Numbered from the stretch's first letter, positions 20,420 to 30,236 are shown. The stretch is 64,000 bases of DNA from Alphaproteobacteria bacterium (GCA_016927735.1 JAFGMC010000006.1:43952-107951); one strand, 5' to 3'. Notes: a model not told the origin generated them from the letters alone. Made by a program: numbers and translations.

Positions 20420-21085
20420 ATGACAGAATTTGAAAGTTCAGAAATTCTTAATCAAAATTCAGATAAATCTCGTAATGGGATTACTTGGATTCTATTAATA
20501 ATAATGATAATTTCGATTGCCTTTTTAACATATTTGCTTTTTACAAAATCTGATAAAAGAACTATTAGAACAAACCCTGTACCAGAACACAATTTACAAA
20601 AAAAACAGATAAGTAATATTATTGAAAACAAAATTAACAATAATTTCACCGATGGATTGGGAAATCCAAATTCAACAACACAATACGATCTGGATGAATT
20701 TGGGGCAGGAATTGAAACTTCGGAAGTTTTCAATATTGATATAAACGGTGATAATAAAAAAGATAAAATTATCAGAAATAAATATGAAAATGGTACAGAT
20801 CATTTCTATTATGATTATAAAATAGAATTAAATACTGCTAATGAATTTATAAATATTACACCTATCGATTTCAGAACAATAGAAGGTGCTGAATGCTCGT
20901 TGCAGAAATTACAGTTTATTTTTAAACCAAACTTTCAGGTTATAAAGATTTCACGTAATTGGAAGGAATCTTGGGTTAATCCAACAATGGCAACAAAGAC
21001 AGTTTATAATTTAATTGAAAACCAATTAAAACCTGTATCGTCAAATAAACTCAAAAATATATGCGATGTGTCTGAATTATTCTGA
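20420..21085 (+). CDS. hypothetical single-pass membrane protein
   Basis: N-terminal TM ITWILLIIMIISIAFLTYLLF followed by a ~180-aa extracytoplasmic domain. 21 nt after the previous gene. Confidence 0.3.
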   Translation: MTEFESSEILNQNSDKSRNGITWILLIIMIISIAFLTYLLFTKSDKRTIRTNPVPEHNLQKKQISNIIENKINNNFTDGLGNPNSTTQYDLDEFGAGIETSEVFNIDINGDNKKDKIIRNKYENGTDHFYYDYKIELNTANEFINITPIDFRTIEGAECSLQKLQFIFKPNFQVIKISRNWKESWVNPTMATKTVYNLIENQLKPVSSNKLKNICDVSELF

Positions 21086-21091
21086 TAAATA

Positions 21092-21772
21092 TTACTTAAT
21101 AAGAAACATATTTTTTGCAGAATATACAATATTGCCCGATACCAAAAGATGATCGAATAAATCTATATTTACGCTTTTTAAAATATTTCTTAATTCTGTT
21201 GTAATTTCTATATCCGCTAGAGAAAAAGATGTTTGCGATTGTGGGTGATTATGAAGCATCACAATAGACATAGCATTCAATTCCAATGCACGTTTTAATA
21301 TTTCCCTTGGATAAACCGCTGCCCAATCTGTTGTGCCACTGCTATGTAAATCGTCAAATAACAATTTATATTCAGAATCCAGATATAAAATGTGAAATTC
21401 TTCCACATTTTTTCCATGTAACATCAATTTGCAATATTCAGACAATTTTTGATAGTCATGAAATATTGGTTTATCGGACAGATAATTTTTCATACCGCGC
21501 ATCATTATTTCATGAATAGATTTTATAAAAATTGCTGTATTTTCTTTGATACCTTTATTTTTCAACAATGATTCATAAGGCGTTGTAATAATATTATATA
21601 AACTTCCATAATTATCTATCAATTCGCGTGCCAATTGATGAACATCACATCTAGGAATGGCATAAGTTAACAACAGTTCCAACAATTCATAATCAACCAG
21701 TTTTCCATCGGAAAACTTTTTACGCAGTCTTTCCCTATGACCTAATCGATAAGATACATCTTTGGAATTCAA
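21092..21772 (-). CDS. radC: RadC-family JAB/MPN domain protein
   Basis: HNHPQSQTSFSLADIEITTEL is the JAMM-like motif of RadC. Confidence 0.8.
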   Translation of the reverse strand: MNSKDVSYRLGHRERLRKKFSDGKLVDYELLELLLTYAIPRCDVHQLARELIDNYGSLYNIITTPYESLLKNKGIKENTAIFIKSIHEIMMRGMKNYLSDKPIFHDYQKLSEYCKLMLHGKNVEEFHILYLDSEYKLLFDDLHSSGTTDWAAVYPREILKRALELNAMSIVMLHNHPQSQTSFSLADIEITTELRNILKSVNIDLFDHLLVSGNIVYSAKNMFLIK

Positions 21773-21802
21773 ACTGCTATCTCCCCTGTGTGATTTATGA
21801 TT

Positions 21803-22564
21803 TTAATTTAAAACCTCTGTAAAAATCACAGCACCATCTTCTGTTATACCAATTGTATGCTCCCACTGTGCAGATAATCCACCATCAACCGTTCTGGCTG
21901 TCCAACCGTCTGAATCTATTTTGGATTCTGGTCTGCCGGTATTAATCATTGGTTCAATTGTAAAAACCAATCCTGGGACCATTTTAATCTTGTCCCATTT
22001 TTTATCATAAAAGTGGTAAATTTGTGGCTCATCATGCATAACCTTGCCTATACCATGCCCAACGAATTCCCGCGATATTGAAAAACCATGTGGATTAACA
22101 ACCGCCTCTATCGTCTTGCCTATCTCAGAAAGTGGGACCCCAGGTGCGCAAATTGCAATCGCAGAATTCAAAGCATCTTGGCATGTTTGCACCAACTCAC
22201 GCGCTTTGCTTGATACATTTCCAATCATAAACATCCGCGAAGCATCACCATGAAAACCCTTATACTCGGCTGTTAAATCAACATTTACAATATCACCATC
22301 TTTTAATATAACATCGTCCCTGGGTATACCATGAACAATAACGTCGTTTACAGAAGTACAAATATGTTTAGGATATCCATAATACCCAAGATCCGAAGAT
22401 TTTGCACCGTTTGCTTTTAAAAATTCTGCGACTATGCGATCTATTTCACCTGTTGAAATACCCGCCTTGATATTTGAGCTGATATAATCAAAGCAACGTG
22501 CAACTATATCACCAGCAGCATACAAACGTTTAAAATCCTTTGGGGCATAGACAGATGACAACAT
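21803..22564 (-). CDS. map: methionine aminopeptidase type I
   Basis: VHGIP, HGIGK... and metal-ligand pattern typical of MetAP1. Confidence 0.9.
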   Translation of the reverse strand: MLSSVYAPKDFKRLYAAGDIVARCFDYISSNIKAGISTGEIDRIVAEFLKANGAKSSDLGYYGYPKHICTSVNDVIVHGIPRDDVILKDGDIVNVDLTAEYKGFHGDASRMFMIGNVSSKARELVQTCQDALNSAIAICAPGVPLSEIGKTIEAVVNPHGFSISREFVGHGIGKVMHDEPQIYHFYDKKWDKIKMVPGLVFTIEPMINTGRPESKIDSDGWTARTVDGGLSAQWEHTIGITEDGAVIFTEVLN

Positions 22565-23550
22565 TAATTTCTTCTCCTTAGTGCCAATTTTGCAGAACGC
22601 ACAGATAATTTTAATGCAAAATCACGTAATAATATTTCAGCTGGCATCCCTGTTGTACGAAACTGTTTTTCCAATTCATTCAATCTGACCAACACACCTG
22701 TTATTTCTGATTCAGGCCAAATTTTTACCGCTTGGTTAAATTTATCTGCAACTTTCCAAAACAATCTGGGCATTTGACCTTCGACTACGGCCATCATCAA
22801 TCTTTTAAAATGTGAATCCAACATACGTACCAACATATTTGGTTCAGAATTATCATAGAATAATCTATCCAATGCAGTCATTGTTTGATGAATATGTCCA
22901 GCAGTCAAAGAAAATAAAAACTCATCTGTATCGGCCGCACCTGTATCTGGCAAACATTTTTCTACATCTTCCAGTTCAACAGTTTTTTTATCATCAACAT
23001 ACAGCGCAATTTTCGTCAAAAAACTTCTTGTAATTCCGCGATCACCCCCCAAATGTGATGTCATATAACCCATCGCATCAGGTGTAATCTGTTTTATACC
23101 TGCAGCAAATAAATCTTTTTGTATTAAAGTAGCCAATGTTCGCGCGTCATCTGTATAGCATGGCAGAGCCGCTATATTTTCACCATTTTCAAAAAAACTT
23201 CGTAATCCACCACCAGCACGCAATTCGCCAGCTGTGACAACTACAATTGCATCAAGTGATGTATGTTCTATCAGTTCTGATATTTGTTTAGCATCTGAAT
23301 CGCCGGCGTTTGAAATTATAACCATCTTGCGACCACCGAACATTGAATGAGAACAAGCTTCGGTGAATAGAGCATCTTGCTTTTCTTTTAAGTCGTTTGA
23401 ATCTATGGCAAACAAATTATCTTTTTCTATTTCAGTTTTCTCGATTGCTTTGTCGCAAAATTCATCAACCTGTCCGGCATCCATTCCATAGATTAATAGT
23501 GCACGAATACTTGAAATACCATTATTAAAATCTGATTCTTTCCATTTCAT
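22564..23550 (-). CDS. holA: DNA polymerase III delta subunit (probable)
   Basis: 328 aa with an N-terminal LLIYG-type clamp-loader fold pattern. Immediately downstream of the lptE-like gene, as in proteobacteria. Confidence 0.5.
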   Translation of the reverse strand: MKWKESDFNNGISSIRALLIYGMDAGQVDEFCDKAIEKTEIEKDNLFAIDSNDLKEKQDALFTEACSHSMFGGRKMVIISNAGDSDAKQISELIEHTSLDAIVVVTAGELRAGGGLRSFFENGENIAALPCYTDDARTLATLIQKDLFAAGIKQITPDAMGYMTSHLGGDRGITRSFLTKIALYVDDKKTVELEDVEKCLPDTGAADTDEFLFSLTAGHIHQTMTALDRLFYDNSEPNMLVRMLDSHFKRLMMAVVEGQMPRLFWKVADKFNQAVKIWPESEITGVLVRLNELEKQFRTTGMPAEILLRDFALKLSVRSAKLALRRRN

Positions 23551-23558
23551 ATTTAATA

Positions 23559-24017
23559 TTATTCACTTTCTGATTGTGATGTTTCAGCAATCACCCTGAT
23601 TCCTATTTTTTCAGACAAAATGTTTATAGAGTTCTGAACAGCGTTATTATAAGAAGCATTTGCAGCAACCAGATATCGTACAAAAGTATACGACTCTGAT
23701 GCTATTTCACGACCCTTTGCAATTTCTTTTTTATTTTTAGACAAAATATAATTTGCCTGCAATTGAACCTCTTGCCAGGTTGCATCACCAGTTGATTGAA
23801 TCGCTTTGTATTTTGTTGTTGGCTCTTCCAATTTTACGGTCAATTTATATTCGGCATTAGAATCATTCATACCACCAAACTTAACATTCAATGCATTACG
23901 TAAATCAATACCATTGGTACCGCTTATTGGTGCAACATACACATCTATTTTCTTTCCAGAATACATTGGGGTAAAACCACAAGCGCAAAGAAATAATGCA
24001 AGAAAGTATTTTTTCAT
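23559..24017 (-). CDS. lptE: LPS-assembly lipoprotein LptE-like
   Basis: Lipobox LCACG. Size and position (upstream of holA) match LptE. Confidence 0.45.
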   Translation of the reverse strand: MKKYFLALFLCACGFTPMYSGKKIDVYVAPISGTNGIDLRNALNVKFGGMNDSNAEYKLTVKLEEPTTKYKAIQSTGDATWQEVQLQANYILSKNKKEIAKGREIASESYTFVRYLVAANASYNNAVQNSINILSEKIGIRVIAETSQSESE

Positions 24018-24098
24018 TTATTACCGTTTATTTTTATATGTTTTCCTGTTGAAGTTCATACTTATATTAGCTAGACTTTTAGTAAATCGCAAGAGGGA

Positions 24099-25337
24099 AT
24101 GATGAATATTTTTGTCATGATTTTAGTATTCTTATTTATGGCTGGATACTATTTTATGGACAGTCCCAGTCAAAGAGTTGCTGAAACTGAACTGGAATAT
24201 GTCACTAAAAATACAGACTTGCGTTCTATTGCTGAGTGTACTGCTGCTGCGCATACTGCGGCGATAAAAAATTATAATTTTGATGATATATGTACACAAC
24301 AATATCAAATTATCAGTAATTTTATTTGTTTGAATGAAAAACAGTCCATTACAAAATGTGAAATTATTAGAAATAAGAAACCAGAATCCAGCTTTATTGT
24401 CACTTCTACTGTCAATATACCCGATGATGATTATAACAATATGTTGGAAATATTAGAAAAATATTATCCGAACACCGGTACTTTTGGTATTTTTATGGAT
24501 GATTTTATTTTATCCGGTGGCAGTTTTGGTAAACGCGCTATTGCAAAAAGTATTATCAAAGGTGCTGAATTATCTAATGGTCAACTTGTTTATGTGACCC
24601 AATATGAACTTCCTGATATTGAAACTGATTTTGAAAAAACTGATTCTGTAAATATAAATTGCGGTGTAGGAACAATAAAAACATATCGTTTTGGCAGATG
24701 GCAATGTATTGCAAATAATGAAAAATCCACCTGCAATGGTGATAATATATGGGATTATGATACGCAAGAATGTATACCAGATAATTCACGTAAACCATTA
24801 TGCGGGTCAAAACAAACAGCTGTTATGGTTGATGATTTATGGGAATGCATTGACCCATTTTTGGAAAAGAACTGTCCAACTGGAATGATAGCAAGATTAA
24901 ATTATTCAAATCTTGAATGGGAATGTATTGAAGATCCTTCAACTGTTAATCCCGTTAAAAAATGTTCTTCTACACAGAAGCTTGCTATTTATGGAACAAT
25001 TGGTTCAACACTTCGTATACCATCTAATCATTGTACAGATTGTGAAAAAATGATTACTGATTCAGAAACTTGTGTATCAACTTGTGTACCAGATACAACA
25101 AAATTATCAGATCCAAAATGCTATCTGAATCCTTATCAATGCAGTGGATCAAACAAGGCCTTTTATTTTGGATTTCCAAATTCAAATTATGTTGAAAATG
25201 TATCTGTATTATCTGGATATACGGTACCATTTAATATTTCATATTCACAAAATAGAAAATTCAATTGCATAGATTGCGGGGATGGATATATCGACTCATC
25301 AAAATCATTTCCACCATACATCGCAATTTGTGAATAA
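24099..25337 (+). CDS. secreted/membrane-anchored Cys-rich protein with repeated W-x-C-I motifs
   Basis: N-terminal TM, then RWQCIANN / QECIPDN / LWECIDPF / EWECIEDP / NCIDCGDGY / YIAICE at roughly 30-aa spacing. Confidence 0.4.
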   Translation: MMNIFVMILVFLFMAGYYFMDSPSQRVAETELEYVTKNTDLRSIAECTAAAHTAAIKNYNFDDICTQQYQIISNFICLNEKQSITKCEIIRNKKPESSFIVTSTVNIPDDDYNNMLEILEKYYPNTGTFGIFMDDFILSGGSFGKRAIAKSIIKGAELSNGQLVYVTQYELPDIETDFEKTDSVNINCGVGTIKTYRFGRWQCIANNEKSTCNGDNIWDYDTQECIPDNSRKPLCGSKQTAVMVDDLWECIDPFLEKNCPTGMIARLNYSNLEWECIEDPSTVNPVKKCSSTQKLAIYGTIGSTLRIPSNHCTDCEKMITDSETCVSTCVPDTTKLSDPKCYLNPYQCSGSNKAFYFGFPNSNYVENVSVLSGYTVPFNISYSQNRKFNCIDCGDGYIDSSKSFPPYIAICE

Positions 25338-25361
25338 AAAAACGCAAATATAATTTGCGTT

Positions 25362-25742
25362 TTATCTTTGTTTGTTCCAATTAAATGGTGGTTTTGGAAA
25401 AACATAATTATAAATTTGTCTCAGTTCATCCCTATTGTGCCTTATATGATCTAAATTTATTTTTAAATCTTCCACTTTTTTTGCTGGATCTATTCCAAGA
25501 TTTTTTTTCAACCTTAATTGTTCCACAAGCAGTGACATCTTTTTAGCTTCGTATTCTGATATTTCTGTTCTAGCTTCACTCAATTCTTGTGAACTTTGAT
25601 TATTAAATCTGATATATTTATCAATATTGTTTATTGATTCATTAACTTCTTTAATTTTGTTCTCTATCAATTGAATCTTTTCTAATATAGAAGTGCGATA
25701 TTCATAATCGTCAATTTTTAAACCAGAATAATTTAACAACAT
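25362..25742 (-). CDS. hypothetical coiled-coil protein
   Basis: 126-aa ORF dominated by charged heptads. Confidence 0.3.
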   Translation of the reverse strand: MLLNYSGLKIDDYEYRTSILEKIQLIENKIKEVNESINNIDKYIRFNNQSSQELSEARTEISEYEAKKMSLLVEQLRLKKNLGIDPAKKVEDLKINLDHIRHNRDELRQIYNYVFPKPPFNWNKQR

Positions 25743-25833
25743 GTTTACCTCCTCTAAATTAAAGATTTATGTATCTATCCCTAATTTAAACACTTTATAT
25801 GAATTTGTCAAATGATTTAATACATATATTTAA

Positions 25834-25866
25834 ATAAAAACGTCCCATTTGGGACGTTTTTATTTT
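25834..25866. terminator. bidirectional terminator
   Basis: aaaaacgtcccatttgggacgttttta. Confidence 0.8.
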
Positions 25867-27451
25867 ATTCTTCTCTGTTTGGAATTTCCCCACGATCCAG
25901 CATTTTTGTTATTTCAAAATGCTTTATCTTTTTTGCAGATGTCTGTGGCAGTTCTTCTTCTGTTATTGCAAAATGTTTCACCCATTTATATGGTGCAATC
26001 ATCATATTAGACGTTTTTAATAACATACTCACTTTTGAGAGAGTTGTTCCAGGCTTTACTTGGAATACGCCGTATGCAACCACCTTACCTTTAATTTCAC
26101 GTTCCAGAACCGCTGCTGCCAAAATGTCATCATTTGCCAAATATAAATCTTCTAATTCATCTGGATAAACATTTTTACCATTTTCCAAAACAATTACTTG
26201 TTTTTTACGTCCCTTTATAACCAAGCGTTTTTTGGAATCAAACATTCCCAAATCACCTGTTTTAAACCAACCATCTTCAAAAACCTCTGCATTGGCTTCG
26301 TCATTGTCGATATAGCATGGCATAACTAAATTTCCACGAACCCAAACTTCGCCAACACCATATTTATCAGGATTATTAATTTTTATTTCATTTCCTGGTA
26401 ATGGTCCTGCGTAATGTCTGGAACCATCTGCACGCAAAAAATCAAAATTAAAATTGCTTGGCCCAGTGGTTTCTGTCAAACCGTAACAGTCGCCAACAAC
26501 AAACCCTAAATTTTCAAAAAATTTACGCACTCTTGGTTTTAAAGTTGCACCGGCTGATATTAATACTTTTGTTTTACCACCAAATAATTCTTGTATTGGG
26601 TTTGTAACTTTTTTTACCAACCAGCCCATACCAATTGTGCGCAAGAATCCACGCATACCAATGATAATTTTCATCATAGTGTATTTTTTCTTTTCTTTAA
26701 CACCATCTATAATTTTCTTATAGAAACCTTCCCAAACGCGTGGTACAGCAGGTATAACCTCTGGTTTATATTTTGCAAAGTCTTTTAAAAATTCTTTTGG
26801 GTTTAATACAGGTTGCAACAGCAAAGAACATTCCAAAACCAATGGGGCAATAATATTTATAACAACTCCATAGATATGATACAACGGTAAAAATCCATAA
26901 AATATATATCCAGGATGTATAACAGGTTTATACATTAACGAACCCTCACCTAATGAAACGATATTATCATGTGTTAAACCAACAACTTTTGGGTTACCGG
27001 TCGAACCCGATGTAAATGATAACATTGCCAAATCGCCCCGTTCCACATCGGCTGGGACAAATTCTGATTCATCTTCGTTATCAAGTGTTTCAATATCAAA
27101 CATTTCTGGACCACCATCAATAAAATAAGATTTTTGTGCCAGTGCCAATTTACAATTTGTACGTTTCATCATATTCAAATGTTCTGTTGCGGATAATCCA
27201 GTATCCAACATTAAAACCTTGGCACCTTGGGACATAATTGCAAAATAAGATTTTATAAACTCTGGTGTATTTGCAGACAGCAGCGCAACCGTATCACCTT
27301 TTTTAATTTCAAATTTCTTTACCAGTTTAACTGCACGTTTTTTAACGCTGTTCAGCAAATCTGAATATGTTTCATTCTGACGGACAAAAAACACACGGGC
27401 AGCATTGGTAGAACAAACAGATTGCAGCATATCGTATATATTTTTAATCAT
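25865..27451 (-). CDS. AMP-dependent synthetase/ligase (long-chain acyl-CoA ligase-like)
   Basis: LSFTSGSTGNPKVV AMP-binding motif, 528 aa. Confidence 0.75.
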   Translation of the reverse strand: MIKNIYDMLQSVCSTNAARVFFVRQNETYSDLLNSVKKRAVKLVKKFEIKKGDTVALLSANTPEFIKSYFAIMSQGAKVLMLDTGLSATEHLNMMKRTNCKLALAQKSYFIDGGPEMFDIETLDNEDESEFVPADVERGDLAMLSFTSGSTGNPKVVGLTHDNIVSLGEGSLMYKPVIHPGYIFYGFLPLYHIYGVVINIIAPLVLECSLLLQPVLNPKEFLKDFAKYKPEVIPAVPRVWEGFYKKIIDGVKEKKKYTMMKIIIGMRGFLRTIGMGWLVKKVTNPIQELFGGKTKVLISAGATLKPRVRKFFENLGFVVGDCYGLTETTGPSNFNFDFLRADGSRHYAGPLPGNEIKINNPDKYGVGEVWVRGNLVMPCYIDNDEANAEVFEDGWFKTGDLGMFDSKKRLVIKGRKKQVIVLENGKNVYPDELEDLYLANDDILAAAVLEREIKGKVVAYGVFQVKPGTTLSKVSMLLKTSNMMIAPYKWVKHFAITEEELPQTSAKKIKHFEITKMLDRGEIPNREE

Positions 27452-27857
27452 TAAAAAACTCTTTGTTTAATTATTTAATATGAACCATTTTGATTCATAA
27501 GTACAGTGTATATTAGATTATAAACACTATTAAAAACAACATAATTATGAGGGTTATATTCTAAGATTGACTTTCCAGCTGCCTTACCAAATTTTCGTCA
27601 TAAAGTTTGGCTTTACATTCTGGCAAAATGAACATTCTGGTTATATCCATATGTTCTAAAAATTTTGTGTCATGGCGAACATTTTATAAAAGTATGACCC
27701 TGGCATATTTGAGTCCAAAAATTATAAACGCCCTGATGTCGGGAAAGTTAAATATGCCAATGCGTGATGTATATGAACTAGCATCAAAGAGTCAGGATTT
27801 TACCAAACAGGAAAATCTGTTCTTTCAACAATAAGTACAAAATTTAGATTTTTCTTA

Positions 27858-28100
27858 CTATAACTTTTTACGCATCTGTTCTAACTCAATTTCTTTCTTT
27901 TTCTTATCAAAAATCACTTCATTTTCTTTCTTTTTAAATTCTAAATGATCTTTTATATCTTTATAAATGTCACCTCCAAGCAATGCTTTTCCACCTTTCC
28001 ATATCATGCGAATACATAAACAAAATAATAAAAACCGAACATAATCCCATATATCGGGTGGTATAGCCATGATAGTTGTTCCATCTAATGCCACATTCAT
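27858..28100 (-). CDS. hypothetical small membrane protein
   Basis: One TM (VRFLLFCLCIRMIW) plus a charged tail. Confidence 0.25.
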   Translation of the reverse strand: MNVALDGTTIMAIPPDIWDYVRFLLFCLCIRMIWKGGKALLGGDIYKDIKDHLEFKKKENEVIFDKKKKEIELEQMRKKL

Positions 28101-28196
28101 TATTTAAATCCTTTATTTCTTATAAATTATAAAATATGAGAGAAAAACATTCAACCTTATTGTACACGTTGGCTTTCCTTCCTAATACAACGTTGT

Positions 28197-28376
28197 ATTA
28201 CCACGCTGAAAAATGCGATTGTATAGAACGTGGCGTAAATATCGATATAAACGGATTATAAAACATATACAGTGGTAAAATCGGGGAAAATTAAATAAAA
28301 AATCCCCAGAAACCAGGGATTAAATTGGGTCATTATTTTTATTAAAAAACTAAGTAATTACAATGACTTATTCTGG
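28197..28376. repeat. direct repeat copy A (~180 bp, ~88% identical to 29944..30123)
   Basis: attaccacgc(t/c)gaaaaa..gattgtatagaac..ggtaaa...aaataaaaaatccccagaa..c.ggggattaaat.gggtcatt.tttttattaaaaaa.taagtaattacaatgacttattctgg. Contains a hairpin/terminator core. Confidence 0.85.
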
Positions 28377-28415
28377 AGGACTAAGCGGGATTCGAACAAC
28401 CGAAGGTTTAGCCAT
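28374..28415 (-). pseudogene. decayed tRNA 3' fragment (T-arm plus acceptor plus CCA) abutting repeat copy A
   Basis: rc ...ccttcggttgttcgaatcccgcttagtcctcca parallels the 3' end of tRNA-Ser (...ccttcgggggttcgaatccctctctgtccgcca). The T-stem no longer pairs and no 5' half is present. Confidence 0.5.
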
Positions 28416-28574
28416 TTTTTCTTGCTTTTAAGCCGCTTTTGTTGCCCACACAGCCAGATTTCCGGTATTTAGACGATGTAGTGCCACAATAAACAATCCG
28501 CACACAAAGCCAAAATTACGATACTAAAAACTCACCGAACATAATAGTTTTATGAATACAAACACTAAAACTTG

Positions 28575-28603
28575 TTGACTTTTATATATTTTTAGAATAC
28601 AAT
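28575..28603 (+). promoter_or_regulatory. sigma70-type promoter TTGACT-N17-TACAAT for the ATPase gene
   Basis: TTGACT at 28575-28580, TACAAT at 28598-28603, SD aagagg 7 nt before ATG 28627. Confidence 0.6.
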
Positions 28604-28626
28604 CAGTAATAATCAAAGAGGTTAAC

Positions 28627-29940
28627 ATGAATAGCGCATCACAAACTTTTATAGCCAGACCGGACTACATAGCCCAGTTATCAACATGGCGCGATAAAAA
28701 CGAGATAATAAAAGTCGTAACTGGTATACGACGTTGTGGCAAATCCACAATGTTTTATCTGTATCAATTAGATTTGATGATGCATTTTAATGTATTACCT
28801 GCACAAATACAGCAAATAAACTTTGAAGATGCTAATTACTCGGATTTACTTGATTGGAAAAAATTGCATGACCATATATTAAACAACGTTGTACCCGACA
28901 AAATGAACTATGTATTTTTGGACGAAATACAAAATGTGGAACATTTTGAAAAAGCAATAAATAGTCTAAGAATAAAGGGCAATATAGATATATATATAAC
29001 TGGCTCAAATTCTAGAATTTTGTCTAGTGAACTGGCAACCATGTTGTCTGGTAGATATATAACAATACATATGCAACCTTTGTCTTTTAGTGAATATGTA
29101 TCAGCATATTTTGCAGAAGGTGTTGGTTCATGGACTGCACGTACACGTGAATCTGTTCTTAATCCAAGAAGCAGAGATTATATAGCCATGTTTCAAGATT
29201 ACCTGCACAACAGCAGTTTTCCATATACTGTACAATTATTAAAGTTTACAGATGTAAGCATACCAAACACAAAACCGCTTGTTAATGATCAGGTTCGCCA
29301 ATTTTTACAAGGGCTTTTTGATACAATAGTATTAAAAGATGTAATCGAAAGAAAAAAAATAAAAGACGTTTCCAGACTGAAAAAAGTTATAAAATTTATG
29401 TTTGATAATATAGGTAATGAAACATCTATATTGAACATAGCAAAATTACTAGAAAAAGACAGTGGAGTAAAAATAGACCCAGTAACAGTAGAAAGTTATC
29501 TAGAAGCATTTATAGATACTTTTGTTTTATATAAAGCGGATAGATACGATATAAAAGGTAAACAATATTTAAAAACAAATTCTAAATATTATGTTGCAGA
29601 TATAGGTTTGCGTTATTTACTGCTTGGTCGCGAAGGTGATACAGGGCACATATTAGAAAACATAGTTTATTTGGAATTACTGCGTCGTGGATACAATGTA
29701 TATGTTGGAAAAGTTGGCACCCGTGAAGTTGATTTTGTAGCAACAAAAGATGGTGTTACAGAATATTATCAAGTTTCTCAAACAGTGGCCAATCAAGATA
29801 CATTAGATCGAGAATTACGTTCACTTGATGAAATAGACGATCATAATTCAAAGTTTTTAATAACTATGGATAGACCGTTGCAAGAGAGTTTTAAAGGTAT
29901 AAAAATAATAAACGCTTTTGATTGGTTGCTTGATAAATGA
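28627..29940 (+). CDS. AAA_14/DUF4143-family ATPase
   Basis: Walker A GIRRCGKST and Walker B-like VFLDEIQ; 437 aa, the typical length and layout of this family of function-unknown ATPases. Confidence 0.6.
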   Translation: MNSASQTFIARPDYIAQLSTWRDKNEIIKVVTGIRRCGKSTMFYLYQLDLMMHFNVLPAQIQQINFEDANYSDLLDWKKLHDHILNNVVPDKMNYVFLDEIQNVEHFEKAINSLRIKGNIDIYITGSNSRILSSELATMLSGRYITIHMQPLSFSEYVSAYFAEGVGSWTARTRESVLNPRSRDYIAMFQDYLHNSSFPYTVQLLKFTDVSIPNTKPLVNDQVRQFLQGLFDTIVLKDVIERKKIKDVSRLKKVIKFMFDNIGNETSILNIAKLLEKDSGVKIDPVTVESYLEAFIDTFVLYKADRYDIKGKQYLKTNSKYYVADIGLRYLLLGREGDTGHILENIVYLELLRRGYNVYVGKVGTREVDFVATKDGVTEYYQVSQTVANQDTLDRELRSLDEIDDHNSKFLITMDRPLQESFKGIKIINAFDWLLDK

Positions 29941-29943
29941 TTA

Positions 29944-30123
29944 ATTACCACGCCGAAAAAGCCGATTGTATAGAACATGGTATAAAAAGCTATATAAACG
30001 GATGGCAAAATCTATACAGTGGTAAAGTTTGGGGAAATTAAATAAAAAATCCCCAGAAGCTGGGGATTAAATCGGGTCATTGTTTTTATTAAAAAATTAA
30101 GTAATTACAATGACTTATTCTGG
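29944..30123. repeat. direct repeat copy B, the native 3' flank and terminator of tRNA-Ser
   Basis: See copy A. Includes atccccagaagctggggat, which acts as the minus-strand terminator of tRNA-Ser. Confidence 0.85.
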
Positions 30124-30210
30124 CGGACAGAGAGGGATTCGAACCCCCGAAGGACTTGCATCCTCAACGGTTTTCAAGACCGTCGCATTCAACCACTCTG
30201 CCATCTGTCC
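30121..30210 (-). tRNA. tRNA-Ser (TGA)
   Basis: 90-nt type II tRNA GGACAGATGGCAGAGTGGTTGAATGC...CTTGAAA...; long variable arm; CCA encoded. Confidence 0.85.
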
Positions 30211-30236
30211 GAACTAAATGACTTCGCTATTTTATA

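Noticed and set aside
27607-27834. 75-aa ORF (…AYLSPKIINALMSGKLNMPMRDVYELASKSQ…) as a possible recombinase/HTH remnant near the repeat cassette
   Set aside because: There is only a vague resemblance to resolvase-type HTH segments. It has no SD and there are no catalytic motifs, so I left it unannotated.
28374-28470. Considered whether the tRNA-like 3' end next to repeat A is a tmRNA (ssrA) acceptor end. A short reading frame ending ...ATKAA* lies just upstream on the same strand.
   Set aside because: The ORF-to-T-arm spacing is about 30 nt with no room for pseudoknots. The T-stem does not pair, no 5' acceptor partner (ggactaa) exists nearby, and the downstream flank is a copy of the tRNA-Ser flank. 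A decayed tRNA fragment explains it better.
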